From Eledone cirrhosa (Eukaryota), in NCBI GenBank assembly GCA_964016885.1, contig OZ024746.1, positions 15,810,001-15,874,000 of the forward strand: a DNA stretch of 64,000 bases. Direction: 5' to 3'. Positions 34,956-50,679 of this stretch are shown one piece after another (within the stretch, counting starts at the first letter, position 1; each line of letters opens with the position of its first letter). The translations under genes and the position numbers were made by a program. Under the pieces are notes generated by a model that did no database searches, was not told where the DNA came from, and saw only the letters and a list, made by a program, of their open reading frames with translations.

Positions 34956-35721
34956 ACTTTTTTTTTTTTCAATAATGTCACTTTGACGAATCAAAGGAAG
35001 GAAAAAAAAAAGAAAAACAGGCCCTAAAATATATTTTCCATGTTATTTCCAATTTCCCCTTTTCTCTCTCTCGCTCTCTCTCTCTCTATATATATATATA
35101 TTTGTTTGGGTATAGAAGCAGAATTTATGGATATTGACAGGATAGACAATCTACCAATGTTGACTGTTTTGGTGGTTAATTAGGATGTTGTTGATGTTAG
35201 TATCAATGGTATGAATGGTGGTAGTGGTTGTGGATAGAGTGGTTTTAATTGAAGTAATGTTGATGGTAGAGTTGATTTTATTCAAAATTCTATCATTGGA
35301 AACATTTAAAAAAAAATATTTTTACTATAAGGAAAAAAAAGAAATAATTAAAAAAGCAACAAACTGTTTAATGTCTTTCTAGAATGTGGCTCTGCACCTA
35401 TTGCAGATAATGCACAATTATGCGCTCCTGTGAACAGCTTTAATTCATAAATTGAAAATAATTCATCATTAATTACTTGTATGATTAATAACCAAATATA
35501 GTCATTGACAACCAAAAGCTACAGGAATTCGAGGCTGGTTTTGGAAAATGGGAAAAAAAAGAAAATATGGAAAAAAAAGGAAATAAAAATATATGGAGTA
35601 CAGTAGAAATACATCAAGAATATCTATCTTTGCTTGGCCATTCTTAATTGTCTGTTAACTCAAATGATTTATCACCATATATGGTCATAGTGATATCTAA
35701 AACTACTAAAGTACTAACTAA

Positions 35722-35808
<87 letters not shown>

Positions 35809-37246
35809 TAAAATTAACAAAAAAAAAAAATTTAATTTTGCTAATTATATCCGCCCAACACTAACAGCTATTTTAATGGAAAAATTGTAAATGAGATATA
35901 ATCTAACGTGGTCGGTAGTCAGATTCAAAAACAAAACAAAACAAACATAATTTTCAAAATATTTTTTCTTTCCCCATTTTACTATTGAAGCATAAAGGGG
36001 GTTTATTACGATGGTCATCATCATCATCACAGTCATCATGATCATGACTATCATTACCATTACCATTCACCATCATCATAACTATCATCATTCTCCATCA
36101 CCACCACCACCACCACCACCACCACCACTGTTACCACCATCATCATCATCATCATCAACAACATCATCATTCAACGTCTGTTCCCCCACCCCACCTACTA
36201 GCAAGGGTTGAACGGGTTATCATCACTTAGTACATTAATCAGAGCTACCTACCTCCCAGGTGAGACTGGATCTCATTTATACATTCTACATGGTGCACTG
36301 GGTGCATTTTATTATGACACCAACACCCAAGAGATTGTTGCATCTTTGACACAACTGAAGGTCCTCCATACCATTTGTTTGACAAATGGATAACTTTCCT
36401 ATCACCTACTCCTTTACAGAGTGTACTGGGTGTATTTATCATGTAGATCACCTACACATGAGAGGTTGTCATGTCTTTGACACAACTGAAGGGTCCTTGA
36501 GACCCTTTGTTTGGCAAGTTTTCTACAATTGGATGCCTTTGCTGCCACATGCCCCTTTAAAGAATGTACTGGGTGTATTTATCTTGTAGATGACCGACAC
36601 ATGAGAGGTTGTCATAACTGAGAATCTAGACATATCCAGAAACTTTACAAAAGCTGAGGGTCTTTTAGCTGAAACAGCAAATATCAACCAGATAAATGAT
36701 TAATGGTGAGTCCTGTCCTGATGAGGGCTTTTGAGAGAAACATTGCAAAGTGGAATAAGATTGATTTTGGATTTAGGAAAATTGAGGGGACTCCTTTCAA
36801 AACTGAAGCGGAGTATCAAGGTTTTTTTAGGGTAGGGATTTATTAGATATTCACAGGCCTCTCTTTGATCCTCAGGGCCATGAACCAGTATACCAGATGT
36901 GTCTTCTATTATAGCCAGGAATTTCTAAAGCTTGATCCTGACATTACTGCAGCATTCTGTCCATGGTCAAATGACTTAACTCTCAGTGTGGCAAACCATT
37001 TAGCTGCAGCTTGGTCTCACAGAATCTTACAGTTTTCCACTATAAACAGCAGCTGCAGCAGCATCACCACCACCAGCACCACAACAACAACCACCACCAC
37101 TACCAACAACAACAACAATAAAAACAACACCACCAACACCACAATCTCTTTACTATTCTACCATGTGTAAGTGTGTATGCCATAACCACATGATTACATG
37201 ATCACATGACCACATAATGTATATATAAATATATATATATATACAG

Positions 37247-37590
37247 GGAGGCACATGGCTTAGTGGTTAGAGCATTGGCCTTGCAATCGAAAGGTTGTGA
37301 GTTCAATTCTCAGACCGGGTGATGTGCTGTTTCCTTGAGCAAGACACTTTATTTCACATTGCTCCAGTTCACTCAGCTGTAGAAATGAGATGATAGGGAC
37401 TGGAGTCCCTATCATTCCACTGCAAAGTGGTCTTGGAGGTGCCACGGCAAAAAAGCACCCAGCACTCACTGTAAATGAGGTTGGTGTTAGGAAGGGCATC
37501 CAACTGTAGAAATCAAGCCAGAATCAGTTCCCGTCCTACCTTTGCAAGCAGGGAAAAGCGGACGTAAAATGATGATGATGATGATGATGA
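37247..37590 (+). mobile_element. SINE family B
   Basis: Reverse complement of 3291-3632. Confidence 0.85.
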
Positions 37591-37740
37591 TAACACTGCT
37601 TGCTAGCACAGCTTGACTCAGTAGTTTGTAAGTGAGATTGAACCCAAGACCTAATGACTTGCAAAAAATACCTCTTAACTACTCTACTATGTGTAAGTGT
37701 GTATGCCATGACCACATGACTACATGATCACATGACCACA

Positions 37741-37776
<36 letters not shown>

Positions 37777-37885
37777 CATGGCTAGCTAACACAGCTTAAC
37801 TAAGTAGTTTGTGATTGAACTTGATCCTGAGACCTCATGATTTGCTAAACACACCTCTTAACCATTGTACCATGTGTAAGTATGT

Positions 37886-37943
<58 letters not shown>

Positions 37944-38375
37944 ACCACATGACATACACATGACATGACTAGCTAACACAGCTTAACTAAGTAGTTCGTG
38001 AGTTAGCTAAAAGTGTCAGTAGTCGGTGTAAATATGTAAGAATCATGTAAAAGAGCTCATTATATGAGATATAAGACTTGAACAGGTATATATACAGGTA
38101 TAAACAATAGTAGAACGATGCTATGGTGTAACATGTCAGAATATAATGTACCCAAGACAACAGTTAGTTATGCTGTACGTTAATAAAATTGTCGACCATC
38201 ATTTGGGGCAGAAGTGTCTCTAATTAAAGATATTTTATTAATACCTTGAGTGATATATTTTTCTAATCCAATAAGTAAAAGTGGTTTTATCAAACAATTT
38301 ATTGATCAACTGCAAGTGAAACAGTGGAATATCATTTGATGTTATTGACTGGTTGACTGTTGCCATTGCTATGTG

Positions 38376-38910
38376 ATGGTGGTGGGGTGGAGGTGGTTGG
38401 GGAATGGTGTGGAAAAGGGAGCAGGGTGGTATGGTGGTATGGTGTGGTGGAGGGTTGGGGTGGTTGGGGGATGTGGTGTGGAGATGGTTACGGCTGGTGT
38501 GGAAGAGGGAGCAGGGTGGTGTGGTGGGAGTGGGGTGGAGGTTTGGGGGTGGTGGGGTGGGAGTGGTTTTGGCAAGTGTGGAAGAGGGAGCAGGGTGGTG
38601 TGGTGGGAGTGGGGGCGGAGGTGGTTCCGGCTGGTGTGGAAGAGGGAGCAGGGTGGTGGTGGGTTGGGGTGGATGGATGAGGGCAGTTGGGGGAGGGGGA
38701 GATGTGTGGTGTGCTGTGGTGATGATGATGGTAGTGTTGGTGGCGGTGATGGTGATGGTAGTGATGGAGGTAGTGGTGATGGAGGTGGTGATGGTGAAGG
38801 TTGAGGAAGAGATGGTAGCAGTGGTAGTAGTGGTAGGGGTAATGGTAGTAGTGGTGATAATAGTGATAATGGTAATAGTGGTGGCAGTAATGGTAGTGGT
38901 GGTGATGATA
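38376..38910 (+). repeat. G-rich low-complexity region with a repeated GTGTGGAAGAGGGAGCAGGGTGGT unit
   Basis: Four copies between about 38407 and 38660, followed by (GGT)n. Confidence 0.8.
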
Positions 38911-39820
38911 GTGCCTGTCTGTCTGTCTGTCACTACAGGTGAGAAAAGACAGTCAAATGTTATTTCACCTTCATTTAGTAGTTTGTCGTAAGATATCAAT
39001 ATTATTAAACACCTTCAGCAGGATATCTCACATGTTATTAGCTCCACAGGGATATCTCACCATTCACTATCATCAGTCAATGTGTGTGTGTGTGTGCGTG
39101 TTGTGCATGTGTTTTGATTCACACCTTTCAAATTTTCCGAATTCTTCTTAAGTCAACCCTGTGAATGGGTTGGTGTTAGGAAGGGCACCCAGCCGTAGAA
39201 ATCTTGCCAAACTATGGGTTGGAAGGCCCCTTTAGTTAAATCTATGACATGACAACTTCTCCAGTATTGGTGATCTAAATGATAAACACACCCAGTATAC
39301 GCTGTAAAGTGGTTGATGTGAAGAAGAGCATCCACCCATAGAAAGTTTGTCAAGCAATGGGTTAGGAGGATCCTTCAGTTTCTGCCAAGACACAACTTCC
39401 TTGCACTTGATAGAATGCAAAACAAGATGCAGATCCCCCATCCTGCCTCAGAGGTCAGTATCCCCACTTCAGTACTGACTTGGTCTATGTAGACCAGTTC
39501 AACTCTTGCTAGCAGGGAAAGCAGCCGTAAAATTATGTTGGTGATGATGATAGAGGGTTAAAATCTTTTAAAAAGACAGAATTAGTGGTCAGCTGCTCTT
39601 TAGCGTAATGGTTAATGCACTCAATTAACATCCAAGAGATGTAGTGTTCAATTTCTTAAAGGCCACCCTGCCCAATTTTTTTACACATCCAGAGACACTT
39701 TACCAAATTTTCTCAACTATTATTTATAGTAATTGACTTTTATTATTGTGATCATTTGTGTTGGGCTGCACACATTTCAAATTTCAAGTTTTCCTAATGT
39801 TTCCAAAGTCAGCCGCTTTG

Positions 39821-39854
<34 letters not shown>

Positions 39855-40042
39855 ATACACACACATACACACTGTTTTGATAAGCCAGTAAAGTTAGCAC
39901 AAAGTTTAAAATATACACTAACCATTAATAGTGAATATTACATTGACTTTATATACAATATATGAGTCTTTAATACAGTGTAGTTTTAGTGTGTTTATCA
40001 CATTAACCATAAAACAGGCACACACACACACACACACATATT

Positions 40043-40134
<92 letters not shown>

Positions 40135-41503
40135 AATAGACAGTCATATATATATATATATATTATATATAGAGAGAGATATAGATAGATATAGTATATA
40201 TATGTTGTTGTTGTTGTTTCTATCTGTCTGCTGTAGCCCTAAATGATGGTAGAGAGATAACTGATTGAATGCATCATTCAATCACCATTTCTAGCTGTGA
40301 TCATCACATTGATTTGGTCATGGTTCCTAACATTTATGAATTAAAGCATGTGTAGTCCTGCTTTAATGATGACCAAGAGATTAACTGTTGCAAGATTTTC
40401 ACTGTCTACATTCAACATTGATGATTTCTCATTGGTTGTTTCATAATTGTGGTTCCTGCTGCTGTTGTTTGTAAGAGGTGTTGATGATGGCAGCCATATT
40501 GTTGATGGCAGCCATGTTTATGATGGTGGCCATGTTGTTGTTGACGGAGGCCATCTTGTTGTTGATGACAGCCATGTTGTTGATGGTGGCCATGTTGTTG
40601 ATGGCAGTCATTTTGCTGTTGTTGGTGTTGTTGTTGTTGATGGCAACCATTTTGGTGTTGTTAGTGTTGTTGTTGGTACTTCATAATGATTGGCCATAGG
40701 AGGATAAAACTGATCGTTTTGTTTCTAGTTACATCAATCACAACTAAACACCACCACTACAACCACAACAACAACAACACTACACACCAACATCACACCA
40801 ACAACACCACCAACACCACTGCCACCACCACCACCACAACACCACACACAAACAACACCACCACCACCATCACAACACCACACACAAACAACACCACCAC
40901 CACCATCACACCAACACCACCGATACCAACACCACCGCCACTGCCACAACACTACTACACACCAACATGCCCCCCCACCACCACCACAATAACTACTATA
41001 TATACACACATATATACACACACATGTATACATATATTCACACACATACACATACATGCACTCATACATACATACATACATAAGTACATACACACATACA
41101 TACATATGCACATACATACATGTATATTCATATACATACATACATACATACATGTATTCCTATATTCATGTTTGTTTATGTTTACAGTCTAAAACCAGAG
41201 TTGTTTATATGTCCTTTATATATCTACAATATGGCAGCTTCATAATTGCGATTAAATTATTATGGTCATTTGCGCTGGGATGCACACATTTCAAATTTTA
41301 AACATTCCCAATGCTTCCTAAGTCAACCAGACTTTCCAGGGATAACTTGAACTGTTAAGGTATATTATACTTGGTCATGTCAAATATTTATAAAACATTT
41401 TGTATTTTATCTGATGATAGCATACCAAAATTTTGGTACCCTTAAAATATATATAATTGAATAAATATGGTTTTATAAATATAGTTTCAATTTATTTAAA
41501 ATT

Positions 41504-41543
<40 letters not shown>

Positions 41544-41545
41544 CA

Positions 41546-41655
41546 TAGCTGAGAGAAAGGAGTACTCAATACTGAAGTATATCTGATGACCCTGAGATAA
41601 ACAGGCAAAACTCCAGAGTAACAAGACTCACTATTCAACCTTAATAAAATGAGTA
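41546..41655 (+). mobile_element. Short hammerhead-like insert within (TA)n
   Basis: CTGATGA (41583-89)-cCCTG agataaa CAGGc-aAAAC-TCCAGA-GTA. G12 is mutated and stem I is poor. Confidence 0.5.
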
Positions 41656-41663
41656 TATATATA

Positions 41664-41905
41664 CGAGGCGGTGCTGAAAAGTTCCTGGCTTTTAAATTTC
41701 ACTCTGGTTCGGAAGTGATCGCTGCTACAGAGGCCTGGTTGGAGTCCCACCCTTCCAAGTTCTTTTTATAGGGCTTAGAAAAACTGAAGGACCGCTGCAA
41801 TAAGTGTGTGAATCTGAGACCGGAATATTTTGAATAAAATCATAATTAAGAGATCCTACTGTATTTTATTTTACCCAAAGCCAGGAACTTTTCAACACCA
41901 CCTCA
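41664..41905 (+). mobile_element. Internally deleted mariner element (MITE)
   Basis: Terminal inverted repeats CGAGGCGGTGCTGAAAAGTTCCTGGCTTT / AAAGCCAGGAACTTTTCAACACCACCTCA with TA on both sides. The interior translates as a mariner transposase C-terminus: FHSGSEVIAATEAWLESHPSKFFL*GLEKLKDRCNKCVNLRPEYFE*. Confidence 0.9.
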
Positions 41906-41936
41906 TATATATATATATATAGAGAGAGAGATATAG

Positions 41937-41974
<38 letters not shown>

Positions 41975-42127
41975 GGAGAGGGAGAGAGAGTGAGAGGGAG
42001 AGGGAGAGAGAGTGAGAGAGATAAATAAAAAAATAGAAATATATATTATGTTTCTTCTTTAGTTGGTCTTAGATATCATGGCTAAAGGCAACACACAAAC
42101 ACATGTACATGCACACGCACACACAAA

Positions 42128-42200
<73 letters not shown>

Positions 42201-42317
42201 TGCCAGTGTATAAATTAATCAATTCTAAAACATCTATTAAAGAAATATACTTACTGCACTTGTTACTCATATTTGCCCTGGGTATTAAACCTTAATTATA
42301 AAGATATTAGAATTAAT

Positions 42318-43442
42318 AACGACAGCAGTAGCAACAACAACAGTAACAACAACAACAACAACAACAAGAACAGTAACAACAACACCAACAATAGTTACAA
42401 CAACAACAACAACAACAACACCACCAACAACAACAACAACAGTAACAACAACAACAACAACACCAACAACAGTAACAACAACAACAACAACAATAACAAC
42501 AACAACAGTAACAACAACAACAACAACAGAAACAACAACACCAACAACAGTAACAACAACAACAACAGTAACAACAACAACAACACCAACAACAGTAACA
42601 ACAACAACAACAGTAACAACAACAGTAACAACAACAACAACAGTAACAACAACAGTAACAACAACACCAACACCATGACCAACAGCACCGCCAACAACAA
42701 CATGACCAACAACACCATCAACAGCAACAACAACATGACCAACAACCCATCAAGAACAACAACAACATGACCAACAACACCAACAACAACAACAACAACA
42801 TGACCAACAACCCATCAAGAACAACAACAACATGACCAACAACAACAACGCCATCAACAAAACACCACAACATCTATAACAACCACAACAACATCTATAA
42901 CAACCACAACAACATCTACACCAACAACAACCACAACAACAACAATAACAACCACAACAACATCTATAACAACCACAACAACATCTACACCAACAACAAC
43001 AACAACAATAACAACCACAACAACATCTACACCAACAACAACCACAACAACAACAATCACAACCACAACAACATCTATAACAACCACAACAACATCTACA
43101 CCAACAACAACCACAACAACAACAATAACAACCACAACAACATCTACACCAACAACAACATCTACACCAACAACAACCACAACAACAACAATAACAACCA
43201 CAACAACAACAATAACAGCCACAACAACATCTACACCAACAACAACCACAACAACATCTATAACAACCACAACAACATCTACACCAACAACAACAACAAC
43301 AACAATGACAACCACAACAACAACATCTATAACAACCACAACAACAACAATAACAACCACAACAACATCTACACCAACAACAACCACAACAACAACATCT
43401 ATAACAACCACAACAACACCTACACCACCAACAACAACAGTA
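42318..43442 (+). repeat. (AAC)n-derived compound repeat
   Basis: AAC tract with AGTAAC, ATGACC and ACATCTA(T/C)A sub-domains. Confidence 0.9.
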
Positions 43443-43569
43443 ATAAGATGCTGCTGCTGCTGATCCTACAGAAGCTCCTACAAGACATTAATGGAATCAT
43501 TACTTCTGGTCCAGTTTGATGTCTCACAATTCTGGAGACTAACAAATTGGAACTATGTAACACAACAAT

Positions 43570-44388
43570 ATTGCTGAGGTTGACTTTGCCTTTCATCCTT
43601 ACAGGGTCGATAAAATAAAGTACTAGTAATGCACTGGGTGATTGCTGGCCTTGTGCCTAAAGTAGAAACAATATTACAGAAGTAATAAAATAATAGTTTC
43701 TACTTTAGGCACAAGGCCAGCAATTACACCAGTGCATTACTGGTACTTTATTTTATCGACCCCGTAAGGATGAAAGGCAAAGTCAAACTCGGCGGGATTT
43801 GAACTCAGATCGTAAAGGGACGTAACTATGCTGGAAATGGTTTCTTATATAGGCACAAGGCCAGCAATTTTGGATTAAATCGACCCCAGTCGATAAAATA
43901 AAGTACCAGTCTGGTGCGTGACTGGTACTTTAATTTATCGACTCCATAAGGATGAAAGGCAAAGCTAACCTCGGCAAGATTTGAACTTAGAACGAATGTA
44001 TAGTAGTAATAGGTAGGTAAGAAATCCAAGGTATAGAGACACTGAAGCCGATAGGGCAAGTTTGAATATAAGTAACTGGCCTTAATAATTATATATATAT
44101 AAGTTAACCTCAGCGGGATTTGAACTCAGATCATAAAGGGCCGTAACTCTATGCTGCAAAGTATGGCGTCCAACCCTCTACTGATACTGCCAAAAATAAT
44201 TGTTTCTACTTTTGGCACAAGGGCAATAATTACCCCAGTGCATTACTGGTACTTCATTTTATCAACCCCGTAATGATGAAAGTCAAAGTTAACCTTGGCG
44301 GGATTTGAATTTTGAATGTAAAGGGCTGTAACTAAATGCTGCAAAGCATGGTGTCCGATCCTCTACCAATACTGCCAATCCACTGCTT
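43570..44388. mobile_element. Cluster of about five SINE family A copies or fragments in both orientations
   Basis: Core on + at 43570-43677, and on - at 43693-43830, 43838-43995, 44101-44195 and 44197-44388. Confidence 0.8.
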
Positions 44389-44751
44389 TATAGAAAATAA
44401 TAAAATAATAAAATGATATAATAAAAAAGTGAAAAAAAAACATCGGGTGATGGGTGGAAGGAAAGGAGGGGGAGGGAGGGAGGAAGGAAGGGAGGAAGGA
44501 AAGGAGGGAGAAAGAGTTGAAGGAAGGAAGGGAGGGAGGAAGGAAAGAGAGGAAGAGGAAAGGAAATTATGAAAGTGTTTTGTAATATATAATTAGTGGG
44601 AGTTTGTTAATGAGTCAGGTTCATTGTTGTGAAAGACTACCTTCCTATTATTGTTACCCCTCCCCCCTTAAATTGTTGGCCTTGTGCCTAAATCAGAATA
44701 CATTATTTCAAACTATGTGGAAATATATGATCCTGTATTAATGAACATGTT

Positions 44752-45020
44752 GGCACATGGCCTAGTGGTAAGGCTGTTGTACTTAGGATCATGATATCGT
44801 AGGTTCAATTCCTGGACTGGGTTGTGGGTTGCTTAATATCATTTCAAGTTACTCCAGTATACCCATCTGATAATGAGTACCAGCTATAGCTGGAGGTTTA
44901 ACCCTGCATTTGACTGGCATCGTGTCCAGTGGGGAGTCTTGTAATCTCAGTCACTTGATGCCATGAAAACCAGGTTAAGCACCAGCCCAATGAACCTCTG
45001 GGTTTGAGACAGACTTTAGA
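44752..45020 (+). mobile_element. Older tRNA-derived SINE
   Basis: A-box TGGCCTAGTGG and B-box GGTTCAATTCC. Confidence 0.6.
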
Positions 45021-45170
45021 CTTTTAGTATTAACTAAACCACCCATGACCTGTTGGGTCACGTTCACTTGAAAATATTTTTTTAAATCCAGTTCCCTTAA
45101 AAATAATTTTTAAATAATCAAAATATACACAGAAATGTATATAATATAAAATGAAATTGGAAGGCCCATA

Positions 45171-45231
<61 letters not shown>

Positions 45232-45367
45232 GTGTCTGTGACCTATACACACTGGTCACATACATCATCATCATCATCATCATTTTACGTCCGCTTTTCC
45301 CTGCTTGCAAGGGTTGGACGGGTCCTATTCAGCACAGCATCTCTCCATATATATATACACACACAAC

Positions 45368-45447
<80 letters not shown>

Positions 45448-45647
45448 CAAACACACATATACACACAAACTTAGAAATCAAGCCCCTCCTATTTAGCAGG
45501 AAATATTCGCTACACACATCCTGTCCAAACACAAGTTATATGATAAATATCACTAAATATTCAGTCACCAAATTTTAGTTAGAGACAGTAATGGTGTATT
45601 TGATTCTTTGAAGTCACCTGCTATAATTTCATTCAACAACGCCACCA

Positions 45648-45681
<34 letters not shown>

Positions 45682-47897
45682 ATTTTCTTTCTCTGTCACC
45701 TTCTCTCTCTCTCTTCTATTTTCTTTCTGTCTCCTTCTCTCTCTCTATCTCTCTCTCTCTCTCTCCCTCTCTTTTAATCTACTCTCTCACAATTACTATC
45801 TCTTTCTCTCTATCTTTCTCTCTATTTATGAAGGTACCTGGAAAAATCCCATATCACGGGAACCTGTGTTCTGAATTATGCAAAACTTGTCATATTCCAT
45901 TTGTATGCCCATTTCAGAGTATTTTCTCATTACACTCCATTTTGGCTGTATTAAATTACAGACAAGCACACAATCACAGACTTTTAGTAGATAGATAGAT
46001 AGATAAATAGATAGATAGATAGATAGATAGACAGATGAATAACTGTAGTGATAGTGGAGTATAATTTTCAAATAAAGTCAGAAATTTGAGGTTAGGGTGG
46101 TGCCACATGAAACCACTTTAACAAGACATTCTTGAAAAGTACTTAACTATGACAGCATCACATAAAAAATTGAAGTCTTTACTCTAATATAGCAAATTCA
46201 TAGAACAATCTGACCACTAGTAATGATACTAGATGACTTAGGAGAAAATATCTAAAAACAAGATCTGTTAATTCAAATGTTTATAGTATATTTACTAGTG
46301 GACAGATTATTGTGAAAATTTGTAGTATTATTTCTTAACATCCAGTAATGATTTAGCCGAAAATATCTAAAAGCAAGTCTGTTAATTCAAATGTTTACAG
46401 TATATTTACTAATGGACAGATTGTTGGGGAAAATTTGCAATGATATAAATTTGTTTAATGTGACGCCGTCATAGTATTGTTTTATATTTCTCGAGAATGT
46501 TTTGCTAATGTGGTTTGATGTGGTACATGGCGTTAATGGTTAATTCAATGAAATATAATCAGTACCAGTAATATATTAGGTTCTTTCAACCAACTTGAAC
46601 CCTAACTTCTTTTTATAAAACCTGGACTTTATTGTATTATTGGAAGTATAAAAAGTTTTTTGGATTCTTCCACTCACAATCTGACAAAACAATCTAAAAT
46701 ACAATTTTTCTGTTTTTTTTCTTTCTCCTTTTAGAGGAGAATTTAACGAAAAAATGAAATATGAAAAATTATTTTAAGAAATCAAAATAAAATAAAATAA
46801 ATTAAAGAAAAAAAAATAGAAATTTTTTCTGAATCCATTCTGCAGATGAGTTGAAGCAGTTATTTTGACTCTGACAAATTGAGATTTTATTGATAATTAA
46901 ATTACCATTCGGCTTCACAATATTGGGTGAGGAGACTAGCAAATACCAATAAAAATAAAAACAGAAAAAATAATAAAATAAAAACGAAAGCTAAAACTGC
47001 ATAGATACTGGAGCTTTCATGTTTGGTTTTGATTCTTGATTTCCATATTTTCTCATCATGTGCTTTCATTGCAGTTTTTATTGGAGGTCAGTAAGAATGC
47101 CAGCATTTCATAGAATTCACTAGAGGGGGGGGGGGGGGGGGGATACCAACAAAATTGCCTTGCCTTGCATTGCCTAGTATCTTCCATTTTGCATTGATTT
47201 AAATTCAATGGATTTCCATAGATTTCAACGAGCAGTGTTTCTCATTCCACAGTCACATGTACCCTTAACATAAATCTCAGGGAGATTCAGTTTGATACTG
47301 TGTGACAAGACCTGGTCATTTAATTTTCATATACAGTCCATCTGACAGGCTTCAAAACTATTCCCATCAACCCCAATTTCACTCACAAGGGGTCAAAAGG
47401 TAAAGGTCAGTGAGATGTTATGGTAAATAACACTAGCACAAGATATCATGTAGTGGAATTGAACCTGGGACCTAATGACTATGTAGTGAACTGCTTAATC
47501 ATTCGGCCATAATGTATTTATGTTACAGACAAACATTTCTCCTAGCAATGATCCTCCAAAATAAAGATGAAAGAGATAAAAGAACAATGGAAGAAACCAA
47601 GTATAAAAACTAAACATGAAGGAAAGATAATAATAATAAGAGTGAAAGGAAATAAATAAATAAATAAAGAAAGAAAGAAAGAATAAATGAAAATAAAAAT
47701 AAAAATAGAAATTGAAATATAAAATTTTTTAAATATAATAAATGCCATTTAAAATATGAGTCCATAGAAGAGATAGATAGATAGACATAGATAGATAGAT
47801 AGATAGATTGAAAGTTAAAGCTATATATATATAACAGTAATGGTGATGATGATGATATATATAAATAAATATATATACATATATATATATATATATG

Positions 47898-47952
<55 letters not shown>

Positions 47953-48360
47953 ATCATCACCATCACCGTTTTACGTCCATTTTTCCATGCTATCGATAGA
48001 TAGATAGAAAGAAAGAAGTATAAATAAATAAATAGACAGATATATTGAATATAAAACCATGCAGAGATGAAGACCAAGATAAAAAGTAAACATAAAAGAT
48101 AAAAAAAATAGTTCTGAGCCAGAGCACTGGTGAAACATGTGTAATAGAATAAACCCCATATATTAAACTGCTATCTTTCTTTCTCTTGCTATTTATTATA
48201 CTCTACAGTCCAACATGATGCTAGGTTGTAGGTCATCTCCTGGTCTCAAGTACAGAAGATATAAAGTTTTATCACTTGAATCGAAACAGTTTCAGCTTTG
48301 AATCATATTATCGCAAAGAATACTGAACGTGGTTCATACTTGCATTAATTACAATCAAAT

Positions 48361-49040
48361 TACACTGCAAAGTGGTCGTTGAGGTGCCATGGCAAAAAAG
48401 CTCCCAGCTCACACTGCAAAGTGGTCGTTGAGGTACCACGGCAAAAAAGCTCCCAGCTCACACTGCAAAGTGGTCATTGAGGTACCACGGCAAAAAAGCA
48501 CCCAGCTCACACTGCAAAGTGGTCGTTGAGGTACCACGGCAAAAAAGCTCCCAGCTCACACTGCAAAGTGGTCATTGAGGTACCACGGCAAAAAAGCACC
48601 CAGCTCACACTGCAAAGTGGTCGTTGAGGTACCACGGCAAAAAAGCACCCAGCTCACACTGCAAAGTGGTCGTTGAGGTACCACGGCAAAAAAGCACCCA
48701 GCTCACACTGCAAAGTGGTCGTTGAGGTACCACGGCAAAAAAGCACCCAGCTCACACAGCAAAGTGGTCGTTGAGGTACCACGTCAAAAAAGCACCCAGC
48801 TCACACTGTAAAGTGGTCGTTGAGGTGCCATGGCAAAAAAGCTCTCAGCACTCACTGTAAATGTGGTAGGTGTTAAGAAGGGCATCCAGCTGTAGATATC
48901 AAGCCAGAATCAGTTCCCGTATAGACAAGACAAGGTCAGCCAACCGGGCACTGCCCACAACAGGACAACTCATCTAACCCATGCTAGCGTGGAAGAACGG
49001 ACGTTAAACGGTGATGATGATGATGATGACGATGATGATG
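48361..49040 (+). mobile_element. RTE 3' UTR with about 10 tandem copies of a 49-bp internal unit
   Basis: CACACTGCAAAGTGGTCGTTGAGGTACCACGGCAAAAAAGCACCCAGCT repeats from 48361 to about 48851, followed by the normal RTE tail. Confidence 0.88.
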
Positions 49041-49689
49041 AAGGTGAAAGTAACATACACACACACACACATATATATATATATGTACGATTGGATGGTC
49101 ATATTTGGAAGTACAGCCATTTAAATATACCATAATCTATATATGAGTATTGTTTTTATTTAACACCTAATTTGTAGTTAAATCGACATATTTTTTGTTA
49201 AATATGTATCATCATCATCATCATCGTCATTTAACGTCCATCTTCCACGCTAGCATGGGTTAGATGGGATTGTCCCACTTGAGGCAAGATTGGTCAGGTG
49301 ACCGTGACTCGCTTGTATAGAACTGTATATGTATTAAATGCTAGTACGTTTCTCAATTGATATATATTCATATCTGTGTGTGTGTGTGTGCATGTGTGTA
49401 TGTGCGTGTGTGTGCATGCGTGTATGTGATAAGTCAACAATGAAAAGCAACACAGAAGAATGATACACCACAATGATGTTATATATTAGTTAAATACTTG
49501 ATATAGTAGGAAAAGAGTCTTGATGTTTTGGTTGTTAGTCCTTCATCAGTGGATAGAATGAGAAATTTTACAACAGATTAGAAGCACTTAACAGTTTTAT
49601 CTGTGAAATTAATAAATGGAAAATATCTTTATAAAACCATATTTATTTTATTATACGTATTTAAGTATGCTTTCGTCAGATAAAATATA

Positions 49690-49873
49690 ATTGTTTCTAC
49701 TTTTGGCACAAGGCCAGCAATCATCCCAGTGCATTACTGGTACTTTATTTTATCGACCCCGTAAGGATGAAAGGCAAAGTTAACCTCAGCTGGATTTGAA
49801 CTCAGATCGTAAAGGCCCGTAACTCCATGCTGCAAACCAGGGCATCCAACCCTCTAACGATATTGCCAATCCA
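49690..49873 (-). mobile_element. SINE family A
   Basis: Core and tail present; AAAATATAAT on both sides. Confidence 0.85.
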
Positions 49874-50010
49874 AAAATATAATAATTGGTGTAAAGATAG
49901 TGATGTGAACCTAATTTTATAAGTTCAGTGAGGATATACATATATATATATATATACGTATATGATAAATGATAAATGATGATGATATATATATATATAT
50001 ATATATATAT

Positions 50011-50361
50011 CATCATCATTTATCATTTCATCATTTCATTTTACATCCACTTTTCCCTGCTTGCAAGGGTGGGACGGGAACTGATTTTCGCTTGATTTCT
50101 ACAGCTGGATGTCCTTCCTAACACCAACCTCATTTACAGTGAGTACTGGGTGCTTTTTTGCCGTGGCACCTCCACGACCACTTTGCAGTGGAATGATAGG
50201 GACCCCAGTCCCTATCATCTCATTTCTACAGCTGAGTAAACTGGAGCAATGTGAAATAAAGTGTCTTGCTCAAGCAAACAACACATCACCCGGTCTGAGA
50301 ATTGAACTCACAACCTTTCGATTGCAAGGCCAAGGCTCTAACCACTAAGCCATGTGCCTCC
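50011..50361 (-). mobile_element. SINE family B
   Basis: Matches 3291-3632. Confidence 0.85.
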
Positions 50362-50679
50362 ATAAAAAACATGCGTATATATATATATATACAATATATC
50401 CATGTGTGTGTATATATATATAGCCTAGCCCAACGCTTTTTAACACTTTTTTTTTCAAAACTCTGTTCCAACCTTCTCTCTCTGGATCCTGCCAAAGATG
50501 GACTCATTTACTTCTTCCTAAGTGTGAGATTAATACAACTCTGTTTTTGCATCACCATGTATATCTTGTCCATTCTTGAAATATATATACACATATATAC
50601 AATTATTATATACAATTAAATCTCGCTGAGGTTAACTTTGCCTTTTATCCTTACGGGGTCGATAAAATAAAGTACCAGT

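Noticed and set aside
35383-35450. Possible exon after TCTTTCTAG
   Set aside because: The frame is short, there is no clear splice donor, and the peptide is not recognisable.
36718-36755. CTGATGA...GAAAC-ATTGCAAA-GTG hammerhead candidate
   Set aside because: Stem II is unconvincing and the triplet is GUG rather than GUH.
37247-37320. tRNA-Cys gene
   Set aside because: It is the head of a multi-copy SINE and has no proper acceptor stem.
49510-49556. Minus-strand CTGATGA hammerhead candidate
   Set aside because: GAAA is mutated, and stems I and III do not form.
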